From: Octopus sinensis
Lineage: Eukaryota
DNA length: 64,000 nt
Assembly (NCBI RefSeq): GCF_006345805.1
Contig: NC_043003.1
Location: 114,948,001 to 115,012,000, forward strand
Direction: 5' to 3'
In this document: positions 53,386 to 64,000 of the stretch, piece after piece
Numbering within the stretch: the first letter of the stretch is position 1
Layout of the letters: every line of letters begins with the position of its first letter
Made by a program: the position numbers and the translations under genes
Notes under the pieces: model-generated
Databases searched by the model: none
What the model was told of the DNA's origin: nothing
Seen by the model: the letters and a program-made list of their open reading frames with translations, nothing else

Positions 53386-54163
53386 CATATATATATATGT
53401 GAATGCACGTGTGTGTGTTTGCATCATGTGTGCAATAGAAATGTTTCATTGGTAAATTAACTTTACGGTCGAATGGCGAAGTACATTTACTGTTTATATT
53501 AGATCAAACATCACATCTCATTTCCTGCCCGGAAGCAATCCTCAGGCGAGGATGGTTAGTGATGAGGCCACCGGAATATTCATAAACTACAGTAGGACTT
53601 CAGCGACTTGTTGCTGGTTTACCCTTCTGTGAGTTAGTAAACATCTGGTGACTCATCAATCATTATATGGCCATTAATTCGTGTACGGAGTTTCTCATAA
53701 CAGAAATAGAAAAAGTATATATCTTTCATAATATTTGAATACAATATGAGATTTTCTGTGAAGAAACAGCCCTGTTTTATTTGATATTCTGAATTTTATG
53801 TCACTAAATAGATTTCAGGTAGACATCTGTAAATAGATATAAATTTTGTGGGATTAAATAGACCAAGAACGGTTAAAATTGGTGCATTTGTTCTTCAGTT
53901 GCCATCCATAGATACCCAGACATGGTGACGTCTTTGAATTTGCGAATATATAGATTTAGGAGTCAAATAACGCTTCTTTGTTGAAGGTTACCACAAAATC
54001 CTACTACAAAACATATGCTTCAAAAAATATATATATATATATTATATATATATATATATATTATCATTAATTAAAATCTTAGGGTAGAAAGAATATTCAT
54101 CGAAAAATTCTCAGTTACCAGTGGTCTAGCGAGAAAGAAAAAATTAGTCAATAGATTATGTTA

Positions 54164-54304
54164 TTCAAAGAAGAATACAGTATACGTTCAAACATAAAAG
54201 AGATACCCGAACAATAGGTTATCTGACTCGCTAGAAAGAGCAGTCAGATATCCTATTCTTCGGGTATCTCTTTTGTGTTTGAACGTACACTCTATTCTTC
54301 TCTG

Positions 54305-54306
<2 letters not shown>
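54164..54306. repeat. About 140-bp imperfect palindrome (hairpin/MITE-like)
   Basis: CGTTCAAACATAAAAGAGATACCCGAACAATAGGTTATCTGACT versus AGTCAGATATCCTATTCTTCGGGTATCTCTTTTGTGTTTGAACG. Confidence 0.8.
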
Positions 54307-54384
<78 letters not shown>

Positions 54385-54409
54385 GTATTTATATACATAT
54401 ATTTATATA

Positions 54410-54647
54410 CTCTTTTACTTGTTTCAGTCATTTGACTGTTGCCATGCTGGAGCAACGCCTTTAGTCGAGCACATCGGTCCCAGGACTTATTCTTTGTAAG
54501 CCTAGTACTTATTCTATCAGTCTCTCTTGCCGAACCGCTAAGTGACGGGGACGTAAACTCACCAGCATCGGTTGTCAAGCGATGTCGGGGGAAAAACACA
54601 GACACACAAACATATACATACATACAGACACATACATACATACATAG

Positions 54648-54687
<40 letters not shown>

Positions 54688-54850
54688 CGACTAGCTTCTT
54701 TCAGTTTCCGTCGACCAAATCCACTCACAAGGCTTTGGTCGATCTGAGGCTATAGTAGAAGACGCTTTCCCAAGATGTCACGGAGTGGGACTGGACCCGG
54801 AACCATGTCGTTGTTAAGCAAGCTACTTACCACACACTCACTCCTTCGCC
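54410..54850 (-). mobile_element. SINE family A, full length
   Basis: Head-to-tail homology. Confidence 0.9.
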
Positions 54851-54857
54851 TATATAT

Positions 54858-54918
<61 letters not shown>

Positions 54919-54923
<5 letters not shown>

Positions 54924-56048
54924 GTCATCCCATAAGTTCTGTTCGAATTTTGAATAAAGGAAACAAGTAATCAAATATTATATTTAATTGAAATTTAATC
55001 ATCATTGTACTTTCCTTGATTATCTATGACTTCCTTCCATCTATTTACAAGCTTTTGAATCCCATCAATATAAAACGCTTTTGGTTTCAAAGCGAAGAAC
55101 TCTGAAATGGTATGTCCCCCAAATGATTCTGTAAACTACGAAACAAATGGTAGTCTGAAAGAGCAAGTTCGGGAGAATAAGGTGGATGAGGAATGTTTTC
55201 TCAACCAAGCTCTTCGATCTTCTGTGATGTGATCTTTGCAGTGTGGGGTCACACATTTTCCTGATGAAACATCAATCCTTTTCGATTCACTAAAGCGGGT
55301 CTTTTTTCTTCAAAGCTTGGTTCAAACCGTCTAATTTCTGACAGTAGACTTAAGCATTGATTGTTGCATTAGGTGGTTACAATGCAAAATGAATGACTCA
55401 TTTGCAATCCCACCAGGTAGAGACAAGAAACTTTTCCATGAAGTTGCCTTCTCGGTTGTGGTTGAGCTTTTTCCCTTTTACCAAATCACAGTTTACGACG
55501 ATTAACATTTCGATGGAGGATCCATTATTCGACACCATTTATAAGTCTATCCAAAAAGGGTGAAATGAGTTCACGAGAATGGGGGAAAGAGCAGATGTCA
55601 ACTCTGGATTTGCTGTTTCTTTCGGACAATTCATGAGGCACCAATTTTTGAAGTTTATAAACCTTTCCTTGTTGTTGAAGATGCCGATGAACAGTTGTAT
55701 GGTTTGAATTAAGCTTTATTGCCAAATCTTCAACTGATAATGCAGGATTTTCTTCAAGTAATGCCACAAACAGTTTATCATAAAACTCAATTGGACGTCC
55801 TGTTCGATCTTCATCTTCAAGGCGGAAATCTCCATTTCTGAATTTTGCAAACCGCCGTCAGCAAGTTCTTTCATTCCCATAAATTAAGTGTGTTTCGAGT
55901 CACTTCGGCTGCAGAGTTCCTTTTTTGTACTTTTTTGACTAGTAAAACAGGTTAGTTCCTCTCAAATTCTTTGTTAACTCCTAAATCTATTTCCTTCTGT
56001 GTATAAATATACTACCAAACGAACATAATTTTAATCGAACTCCTAATA
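54919..56048 (-). mobile_element. Decayed mariner (Tc1/mariner) transposon
   Basis: FAKFRNGDFRLEDEDRTGRP, LVPHELSE, LKKKRPALVNRKG, PHTAKIT, FYIDGIQKLVNRWKEVIDNQGKY; TA-flanked CAGGTCATCCCATAAGTTCTGTTCG end; the other TIR is only weakly similar. Confidence 0.88.
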
Positions 56049-56288
56049 CTTTTTCAGTGTATGTATATAGATAATACCAAACAAACATGTTTTTTATTAA
56101 ACTCCTAATCCTTTTTGATGGATATTTTCTTAAATACATTCTTATATATATCTTTTAATACATTTGTGATAACCAGTACTTAACATAACAAAGCTTTACA
56201 TTTTACTTTTGACAAAATTTTTCTAAAAAAGTGAAACCGGTTAAGTGAAAAAATACCTTTTAAAATTTGAATCTTCAAACATTCTTTC

Positions 56289-56342
<54 letters not shown>

Positions 56343-56394
56343 ATGTATTTATATATAGATATAGATATATAAATATACATATATAAATATATAC

Positions 56395-56550
56395 CGGAGT
56401 AAACACATAAATGTGAAACAAGGTGGAAAAAGAGTACTCAAATACCAGTGGTAGAGTAATATGCTTTCTAGCAAAAACTGTCCGACGAACGGGAACGTAA
56501 AACTCAGAGTAACAGGTTTTGTTGAATTTTCCGCTGCTTTAAATAAGTAT
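56395..56550. mobile_element. Hammerhead-bearing element, same family as 16745-17032
   Basis: CTGT CCGACGA ACG-GGAA-CGT AAAAC-TCAGA-GTA ACAG at 56478-56515 (G12A); flanked by (TA)n. Confidence 0.72.
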
Positions 56551-56574
56551 ATATATATATATATATAATATATA

Positions 56575-56624
<50 letters not shown>

Positions 56625-56935
56625 TATATATAGATAATATATATATATATATATACATTATGTATGTATATATATATCATATATATATATGTATATATAT
56701 TTATATAATTAGATTTATATATATGTATTATATATATGTATATATGTGTATATATATATATAATATTATATATATGTAATCAAAATAATCACCCATTTTG
56801 AATTATAGAATAATACCATACTAAATTCTAAATGTTATATATTTATATGTCGTAATCTCTTTTAGAGAGACTTAGTAATTTTAAATTTCTATTATTGAAA
56901 ACAAGTGGATGTATTCCACCGAAAATAGGTAAATA

Positions 56936-57079
56936 AGAACCTTCGAACAGAGACGATCAGTGGCGACACCTGCTGAGTCGACTACGCTACATTGACAAGG
57001 GGCAAATACCACTGAAACGCGCCTGGTAGCAGTCTGACTAGCAGTGTGAAGCGGCTGACCTCCCTTGTTCGAAGGTTCT
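56936..57079. mobile_element. Small MITE-like segment with 14-bp TIRs
   Basis: AGAACCTTCGAACA ... TGTTCGAAGGTTCT; no clear TSD. Confidence 0.5.
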
Positions 57080-57251
57080 AATGGACACAGTTTGGTGTCA
57101 ATAGCTATCTTAAGGCGATGGCCTCATGGAGCTAATCAGCGACAGCTTTAGTCTTATATCTATAAGATTGCCATATTAATATGGCGAAAACAATTAATTT
57201 CCAGTAACGCTTGTAATCTCTTTTAGAGAGACTTAGTAATTTTAATATTTC

Positions 57252-57300
<49 letters not shown>

Positions 57301-57429
57301 CTATATATATATATATATAATATATATATACCTACATACATATATAGATATAGTTCAAAATGTGACCGCGTGTGTAGCGTTGGGATTTTTTCCTCTGTCT
57401 TCCCTTCTCTGGATCTTTCCTTCTCCTAT

Positions 57430-57463
57430 GTTTCCGACGAAGAACCCGCTCGAAATGTTATAC
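57430..57463 (+). ncRNA. Degenerate minimal type I hammerhead motif
   Basis: GTTT CCGACGA A GAAC-CC-GCTC GAAA TGT T ATAC; several mismatches. Confidence 0.35.
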
Positions 57464-57631
57464 TCTCCTTCTTCCTTCTTTCCTGAGCGTCAAATAATAC
57501 TATATTTGTTCCCGTCTTCGCGTTGTTGTGTTTTCTCTTTGTGTTTTCATGTTTGGATTAAATTTATATATACACCACACACACACCACACACACACCAC
57601 ACACACACACACACACACAACACACACACAC

Positions 57632-57710
<79 letters not shown>

Positions 57711-58467
57711 TTCATCACTTACCCAAACAAGAATACAAAGCCTAGTTGGCTTCGATCGCTAAAGAAGATGCAGAACCCCTGGTGTGATGGTTTTGCTTGT
57801 GATATTGAAGATGGCGCTGATGCATATAAAGCTCTACCATCTTACGAAGCAAGCTTATGGGCCGAAGCCTTTCTACATCAGCTGCTTTTCTTTCCAAGGT
57901 GGTCGAAACTTGATGTTCAGTGTTTACTTCTGTTTTCGTTCAATTAGTATCTGCGAAATGTATAGCTTATATCAGAGGAAAATTATGTCTTGGCGTGACT
58001 TGTTTTAAAGAATATCTTTTTAACATGTTCGAAATTTACAAAGCAACTGCGTAAGTTATGTCCTCATCACAATCTGATGTTCTTCGCACTTTGCTGTACT
58101 CCGTATCATTACAGACACAAGAAGTTGGATAAACATTTTGCTCGAAAGCTGCATGACAGCAGGGTATTGCACGAATCAAGAGAAGCATGGAATTTTGATG
58201 TTTATATTTGTTATGTGTCAAAAATTAAGCAGGTGAGTCAAATATTTCCTGGAATAAGATAATAATAATATTTTTTTTTAAACAGAATTAAACACTAATT
58301 AAGAAAGCAGGATTTTAAGACATTGCTTTCATCTTTGGCACTTAGATTAAAATCTTAAATCTGATACATGAATCCCAGTCTTCAGGCTGATTTCTTAGCA
58401 TCTGTTTTAAGCTTTTGCCTTATTTCTAATTGTTTTACTCTTACACACACACACACACACATACACC

Positions 58468-58498
<31 letters not shown>

Positions 58499-59096
58499 TT
58501 ACATACACACACAAATACATATACGCACACAAGCTCACAGACGCAACTATAGACTTACACCATACATATACACACACATCCAAATACGTGTGCATACATA
58601 ACTAACCATAGAATCTCACAATACAGATGCTCACACACACATATATGTAGGGATGTATGTGTATGTGTGCATAAACTTGACTAATAACAAGTCAAACGAG
58701 GTAATATGCCGGGTACATACGATGCAGGCTCAGGTTCAATTTGTGCCTAAACCACAGCTTTAAGTAGACGCAAGTGAGGCTTACCAAAGTGAAATTGTAT
58801 TGTAGACGACATAACAGCCAAGGTGCTAGAAATATAACGAGGAAAATCCGTAAGCGGACTGTCAATATTGATGAAGTCATCGTATGTGTTTACGTTTTGA
58901 GTTCAAATTCTGCAGAGGTCGACTTTGCCTTTCATCCTTTCGGGGTATACAAATTGGTCTCTTCCCCAAAAATTTCGGTATATGTAACTAAAGTAGAGAC
59001 TTATATTGAAGTCAATTCATAGCACAATCATACTCATATAACGTATTGCAGATAAATACAGATATGTATATATGTATATACGTGCATACGCACACA

Positions 59097-59134
<38 letters not shown>

Positions 59135-59233
59135 TGCACGCAGGCACCCACGCACACACAGACACACATACACACACACTCATTAAATGGTATTAAAGAT
59201 ATATATATATATATATATAATATATATATATAT

Positions 59234-60761
59234 AAATATTACATTATATAATTAGGGCTTAGTAAAATAAATTACTTTGCCACATACTGAACTTTCTAGA
59301 AATAGCAGCCAAAAAGTTTTTTAGCCATTTCCACTACTTTAAGAAAATTTCTCTCAGATAATGTTTACTCAAAATAACTCACGAAGATATGGAGGTAAAA
59401 ACAGTAAAATATCACAAGTACAAAGATCCTTTGAGAACGTCAACGTTTCTAGATTAGCCAAATAAAACTCAGCATTTCCTTCGTCAGCTCAACATTTCTT
59501 AATTTTGGATTTGAAAGCACTAAAAGAATGAACATACCCTTCCGGCAACGTATCACCTCAGACGAACACGCTCAGACTGCCAGTACTAGCAAATTCAAAA
59601 TGTACAAGCGAGGATTCATGTTCTCTCCCCTTCCACCCACGTGAGTTATCTAGTAAACATATATTTTAACGGTGAGAACCGTTTTAACGGTGAGAACCGT
59701 AGCAATAGAACAGAGAGAAAGGAATTATAATATCAACAATTGAGGGTAAAATTAATTAGTTATTAACCAATTTCACCAAAGTAGTGTTCAGTATGTAAAA
59801 GGACCATTTAAGGCGAATTCAAAATATTACATTATATGATTAGGGCTTAGTAAAATAAATTACTTTGCCACATACTGAACTTTCTAGAAATAGCAGCCAA
59901 AAAGTTTTTAGCAATTTCCACTACTTTAAGAAAATTTCTCTCAGATAATGTTTACTCAAAAATAACTCACGGAGATATGGAGGTAAAAACAGTAAAATAT
60001 CACAAGTACAAAGATCATTTGAGAACGTCAACGTTTCTAGAAAGTTCAGTATGTGGCAAAGTAATTTATTTTACTAAGCCCTAATTATATAATGTAATAT
60101 TTTGAATTCGCCTTAAATGGTCCTTTTACATACTGAACACTACTTTGGTGAAATTGATTAATAACTAATTAATTTTACCCTCAATTGTTGATATTATAAT
60201 TCCTTTCTCTCTGTTCTATTGCTACGGTTCTCACCGTTAAAATATATGTTTACTAGATAACTCACGTGGGTGGAAGGGGAGAGAACATGAATCCTCGCTT
60301 GTACATTTTGAATTTGCTAGTACTGGCAGTCTGAGCGTGTTCGTCTGAGGTGATACGTTGCCGGAAGGGTATGTTCATTCTTTTAGTGCTTTCAAATCCA
60401 AAATTAAGAAATGTTGAGCTGACGAAGGAAATGCTGAGTTTTATTTGGCTAATCTAGAAACGTTGACGTTCTCAAATGATCTTTGTACTTGTGATATTTT
60501 ACTGTTTTTACCTCCATATCTTCGTGAGTTATTTTTGAGTAAACATTATCTGAGAGAAATTTTCTTAAAGTAGTGGAAATGGCTAAAAAACTTTTTGGCT
60601 GCTATTTCTAGAAAGTTCAGTATGTGGCAAAGTAATTTATTTTACTAAGCCCTAATCATATAATGTAATATTTTGAATTCGCCTTAAATGGTCCTTTTAC
60701 ATACTGAACACTACTTTGGTGAAATTGATTAATAACTAATTAATTTTACCCTCAATTGTTG

Positions 60762-60765
<4 letters not shown>
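59234..60765. repeat. Tandem-plus-inverted array of a 570-590 bp unit
   Basis: Forward unit 59234-59821 plus a partial unit to 60041; the strand switches at TTTCTAGAAA (60034-60043); inverted copies run to 60765; few substitutions seen. Confidence 0.92.
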
Positions 60766-60818
<53 letters not shown>

Positions 60819-60993
60819 AATTTGAACAATAAGGTTAAAATTGATATTAATTGATATCAGTGGTCTAGCATATTGAAAAAAATCTGAAGATTCAGAAAAT
60901 TATATTACACGCACTCACGCTCACACAGATATACATATATACGTATATGTATATACACATACATATATACATATATATATAATATATATATAA

Positions 60994-61047
<54 letters not shown>

Positions 61048-61139
61048 GTTATGTATTATACATATACATATATATGTATATGTGTGTGAGCGTGTGTGCG
61101 TGTAATATAATTTTCTGAATCTTATATATATATATATAT

Positions 61140-61250
<111 letters not shown>

Positions 61251-62862
61251 ATATATATATATATATATTATATATATATATATATATATATGCATGTGTG
61301 TATGTGTGTGCATATGTTGGTGGAGGTGTGCACGCGTGTTTGCATTCGAGTTAGGCTCGAATATTTTAATTAAAATCTTTATTAATGTTACTTTAATTAA
61401 TATTTTTTGCTGTTCTTTGCGAATTTAGTTGGGAAAGATAAAAGGACATTTCTAGAAGACAGACCATAAGAGAGAGAACGAAGCCATTGTCAATTGCGCA
61501 GTTTTGTCCGAGGATAATATTTATCTATTCATCGTCCAATTAATGTAGATTCAGATTAATTATGCTGTAGATAAACGTTGCATCTACATGCATACATGCA
61601 TGCAGTCATGCACACTCGTGCTCACACCCGTATGAAATATGACTAATATGAAAGTCTAATATGTAGACTGTGAGGAGAATGTGATACCAGCTTATTGCTG
61701 TTTATAGTAAACATGGAACTTCATTATTTAGCTAGCAGCGCTGTACATAACAGTTAAATGCATTAATGGAGATATACAATTTGCCAACAATGCATTAGTC
61801 GGTGATGTTGGTGGTAACCAGATACCATAAAATATACATTAGAAAATGTGAGAGTAATACCGAAATATAAAGTCCAGGCAGTAGCATTTCTTTATATTTT
61901 TATATTTTTGTAATTATTCTTAAGTAAAAATATCAAAATAGGTTTCTGGTTTCGTAAACCTTGTTAAAATAAGTGGTGTTCAAAAATATATACGACAAAA
62001 ATATTCAACTTTAAATAGGATTCATGCATAAATTCTTCTTTTAAGTATCGTGTCGGTTATTTTAGAAAAAAAAACTACTGTTGTTAATCTCACTTAAAAG
62101 ATCTAAATAAAAGGATGAAAAACTTAAAACTGCGTCAAAATTGATTCAAAATTGATTCAGAAGAGAAAAAGTTAGCAATGAAAAACTGTTGAAATTTTAG
62201 GGTTAGTGCTAATTAATTTTGTGACATTGAAAGCGTTGTAAACAAAATTAAATAAAAGTATATGTTGCTAACCCCTGGCAGTGTGTGAATCACGAAATTG
62301 TATTCCAATTCCAAATGTTTTGATGTTTTTGTACGTATAAATAAATCAATTTAAAATATTTTTTAATACGGCTTCAGTTAATGATTTCTATTTCGTATTT
62401 CTAATTTTTGTTTTATACTTGTTTTCTTTTAACTTCGTATACAATGTATATTTTCTATACAGGAAAGAGACAAATTATAATTTTTTATCCAATTTATAAA
62501 ACTTTGATCAACCTATGATATTTATGAAAATAATTCTCTTCAAAAGAATCATTATATAAATTGATAACAACTATTTGTGTTAAAAAATATTGCACACAAT
62601 ATTCAAAATATCAAAGACCCATTTCGATTAATAATTTTTGTTAATTGGTTATATTTTTAGTTTGAACTCTAATGGTGAAAAGGACAAATGCCAAATGGAT
62701 TGCAATTCAACAGAAAATTAGTATTTTCCTGATTTTGAATGCGTTCTCTGTATTTGAAAGTTAAAATCATTGTTATTAGAAACAAATAATGTATATCAAT
62801 TTATTTTATATGCAATTTTATAATTCATAAGATGCATTTTTAATTTATTTTGCCTTAAACAG

Positions 62863-62912
62863 AGATGAATTTGAGCACAGCTTACAATTAATAGTCTTTG
62901 TTTTGAAGCGAG
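62863..62912 (+). CDS. Candidate exon, product unknown (phase does not join the next candidate)
   Basis: ttttgccttaaacag acceptor, AG/gtaaaa donor; DEFEHSLQLIVFVLKR. Confidence 0.2.
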
Positions 62913-62963
62913 GTAAAAATTCTTTTGGTTTCTACGTCTATAGATATTGGTAATGCTTTTCAG

Positions 62964-63035
62964 AAATTTGGAACTTTTGTTTTGTGAAATTTACGAAAAG
63001 AATGAGGAACTGAGAAAAGAATACAGTAGTTTTAT
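62964..63035 (+). CDS. Candidate exon (phase 2 to 2), product unknown
   Basis: gcttttcag acceptor, AT/gtaggt donor; NLELLFCEIYEKNEELRKEYSSF. Confidence 0.35.
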
Positions 63036-63176
63036 GTAGGTTAATTGCTTTCATAGGGGCAAGATTAGGTTACAGGGGTTGGCTATATGTCAATATTTGA
63101 TCATTACTGTCCAATCCTGTGAATATTTGGTATTATAATTTTGAATTAATTTTCAAATATCATCAAAGTGATACAG

Positions 63177-63298
63177 ATCCTATTCTGAGTTCCTGAAAGG
63201 AATGGAAGAAAAAGTCCACCATTTTGTGACAACTGTGAAACAGCTTAGGTCCGATGATTCTCGTTTGAAGGCGACGCTACTACAGAACTTAGAAAATA
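63177..63298 (+). CDS. Candidate exon (phase 2 to 1), product unknown
   Basis: In frame with the previous exon; SYSEFLKGMEEKVHHFVTTVKQLRSDDSRLKATLLQNLEI; weak acceptor and donor. Confidence 0.33.
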
Positions 63299-63783
63299 AG
63301 TTTGAGATTGTAATTTTCATTGTAATTTCAAAACGTTAAATTAGTTGTGCAGCCAGAACGCAAGGAAGGCTATCTCGATCTAACATATATTTTCTTGCAA
63401 TGTTTTGTAACCGAAGTAATGGCTATCAGTTATATGACACCGAGACAAATGTGAAACTCTCAAAAGACAGCCAAATTGCTTTAAGCTGATTAATTTTTTT
63501 AAAAATTAACTTTATAACAATGTATTGCCTCTCCAATGCAGTGATACCATCCACCCAAAGATAGCGAATATTTTTCATATAGAACACATTTTTTTTTATA
63601 TAATACTAAAATAATTATCTATTCTATCAATACCAATTATCCATAAACTCAACTGAGAAAAACTATTCAAAATTCATGAAAATATGCTAAAATTTGGTTA
63701 ATTAATAATAGATTAATATTTTAGTTTGTTTCTTACCATACGTCAACCGACATTCAGGAATACTAAAATATGTGCTCCTTTAG

Positions 63784-63860
63784 AGAAGAACGACAAAATT
63801 GCAATTGAGCTGGCCTGGTCATTAGTATCCTATTGCTTCAGAAATACGAGAAGAAAGTGA
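63784..63860 (+). CDS. Candidate terminal exon (phase 1 to stop), product unknown
   Basis: gtgctcctttag acceptor; KNDKIAIELAWSLVSYCFRNTRRK*. Confidence 0.25.
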
Positions 63861-64000
63861 TAGTAGACTTTGGGTTGTGAAAATTCCTCACGCGAGTTTA
63901 AAAATGAATGTTCATCTTCATTAGAGACTTAGGATCCAGAGTCGTTGGCCATGAGACTCCAGAAATCCAACATTCTTGGGCTGTTGGTATCAGAAGACTC

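Noticed and set aside
56975-57035. CTGCTGAG...GAAACGCG as a hammerhead
   Set aside because: Stems I and II do not pair.
58077-58262. PIF/Harbinger transposase remnant (HDSRVL)
   Set aside because: A single short motif with no other DDE blocks or TIRs recognised.

Overview
AT-rich, microsatellite-saturated animal DNA. The SINE families and composition look like an Octopus genome; this is my recognition of the repeats, not a database result. No gene can be named. Nearly all ORFs in the track are microsatellite artefacts or transposon remnants. Supported content: three tRNA-derived SINE families in many copies; CR1/L2-group LINE remnants (APE+RT); R4/Dong-type (RLE) LINE remnants; a Penelope-like element remnant with GIY-YIG motifs; a decayed mariner; two non-autonomous Helitron-type elements; three copies of a MITE with GG-starting TIRs, 8-bp TSDs and internal (TTAGGG)n; and many fold-back structures. 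A few GT-AG-bounded candidate exons occur, notably an in-frame three-exon run at 62.9-63.9 kb. The main hidden signal is a set of about 11 minimal type I hammerhead-ribozyme motifs from about 7 unrelated small-element families, mostly sitting in or beside microsatellites. Two have fully intact catalytic cores: 41886-41937 (minus strand), and 15814-15965, whose stem-loop II is expanded to about 110 nt and contains a (TA)n tract. Two unrelated families occur as divergent inverted pairs. All ribozyme folds were read by eye and none is experimentally shown.
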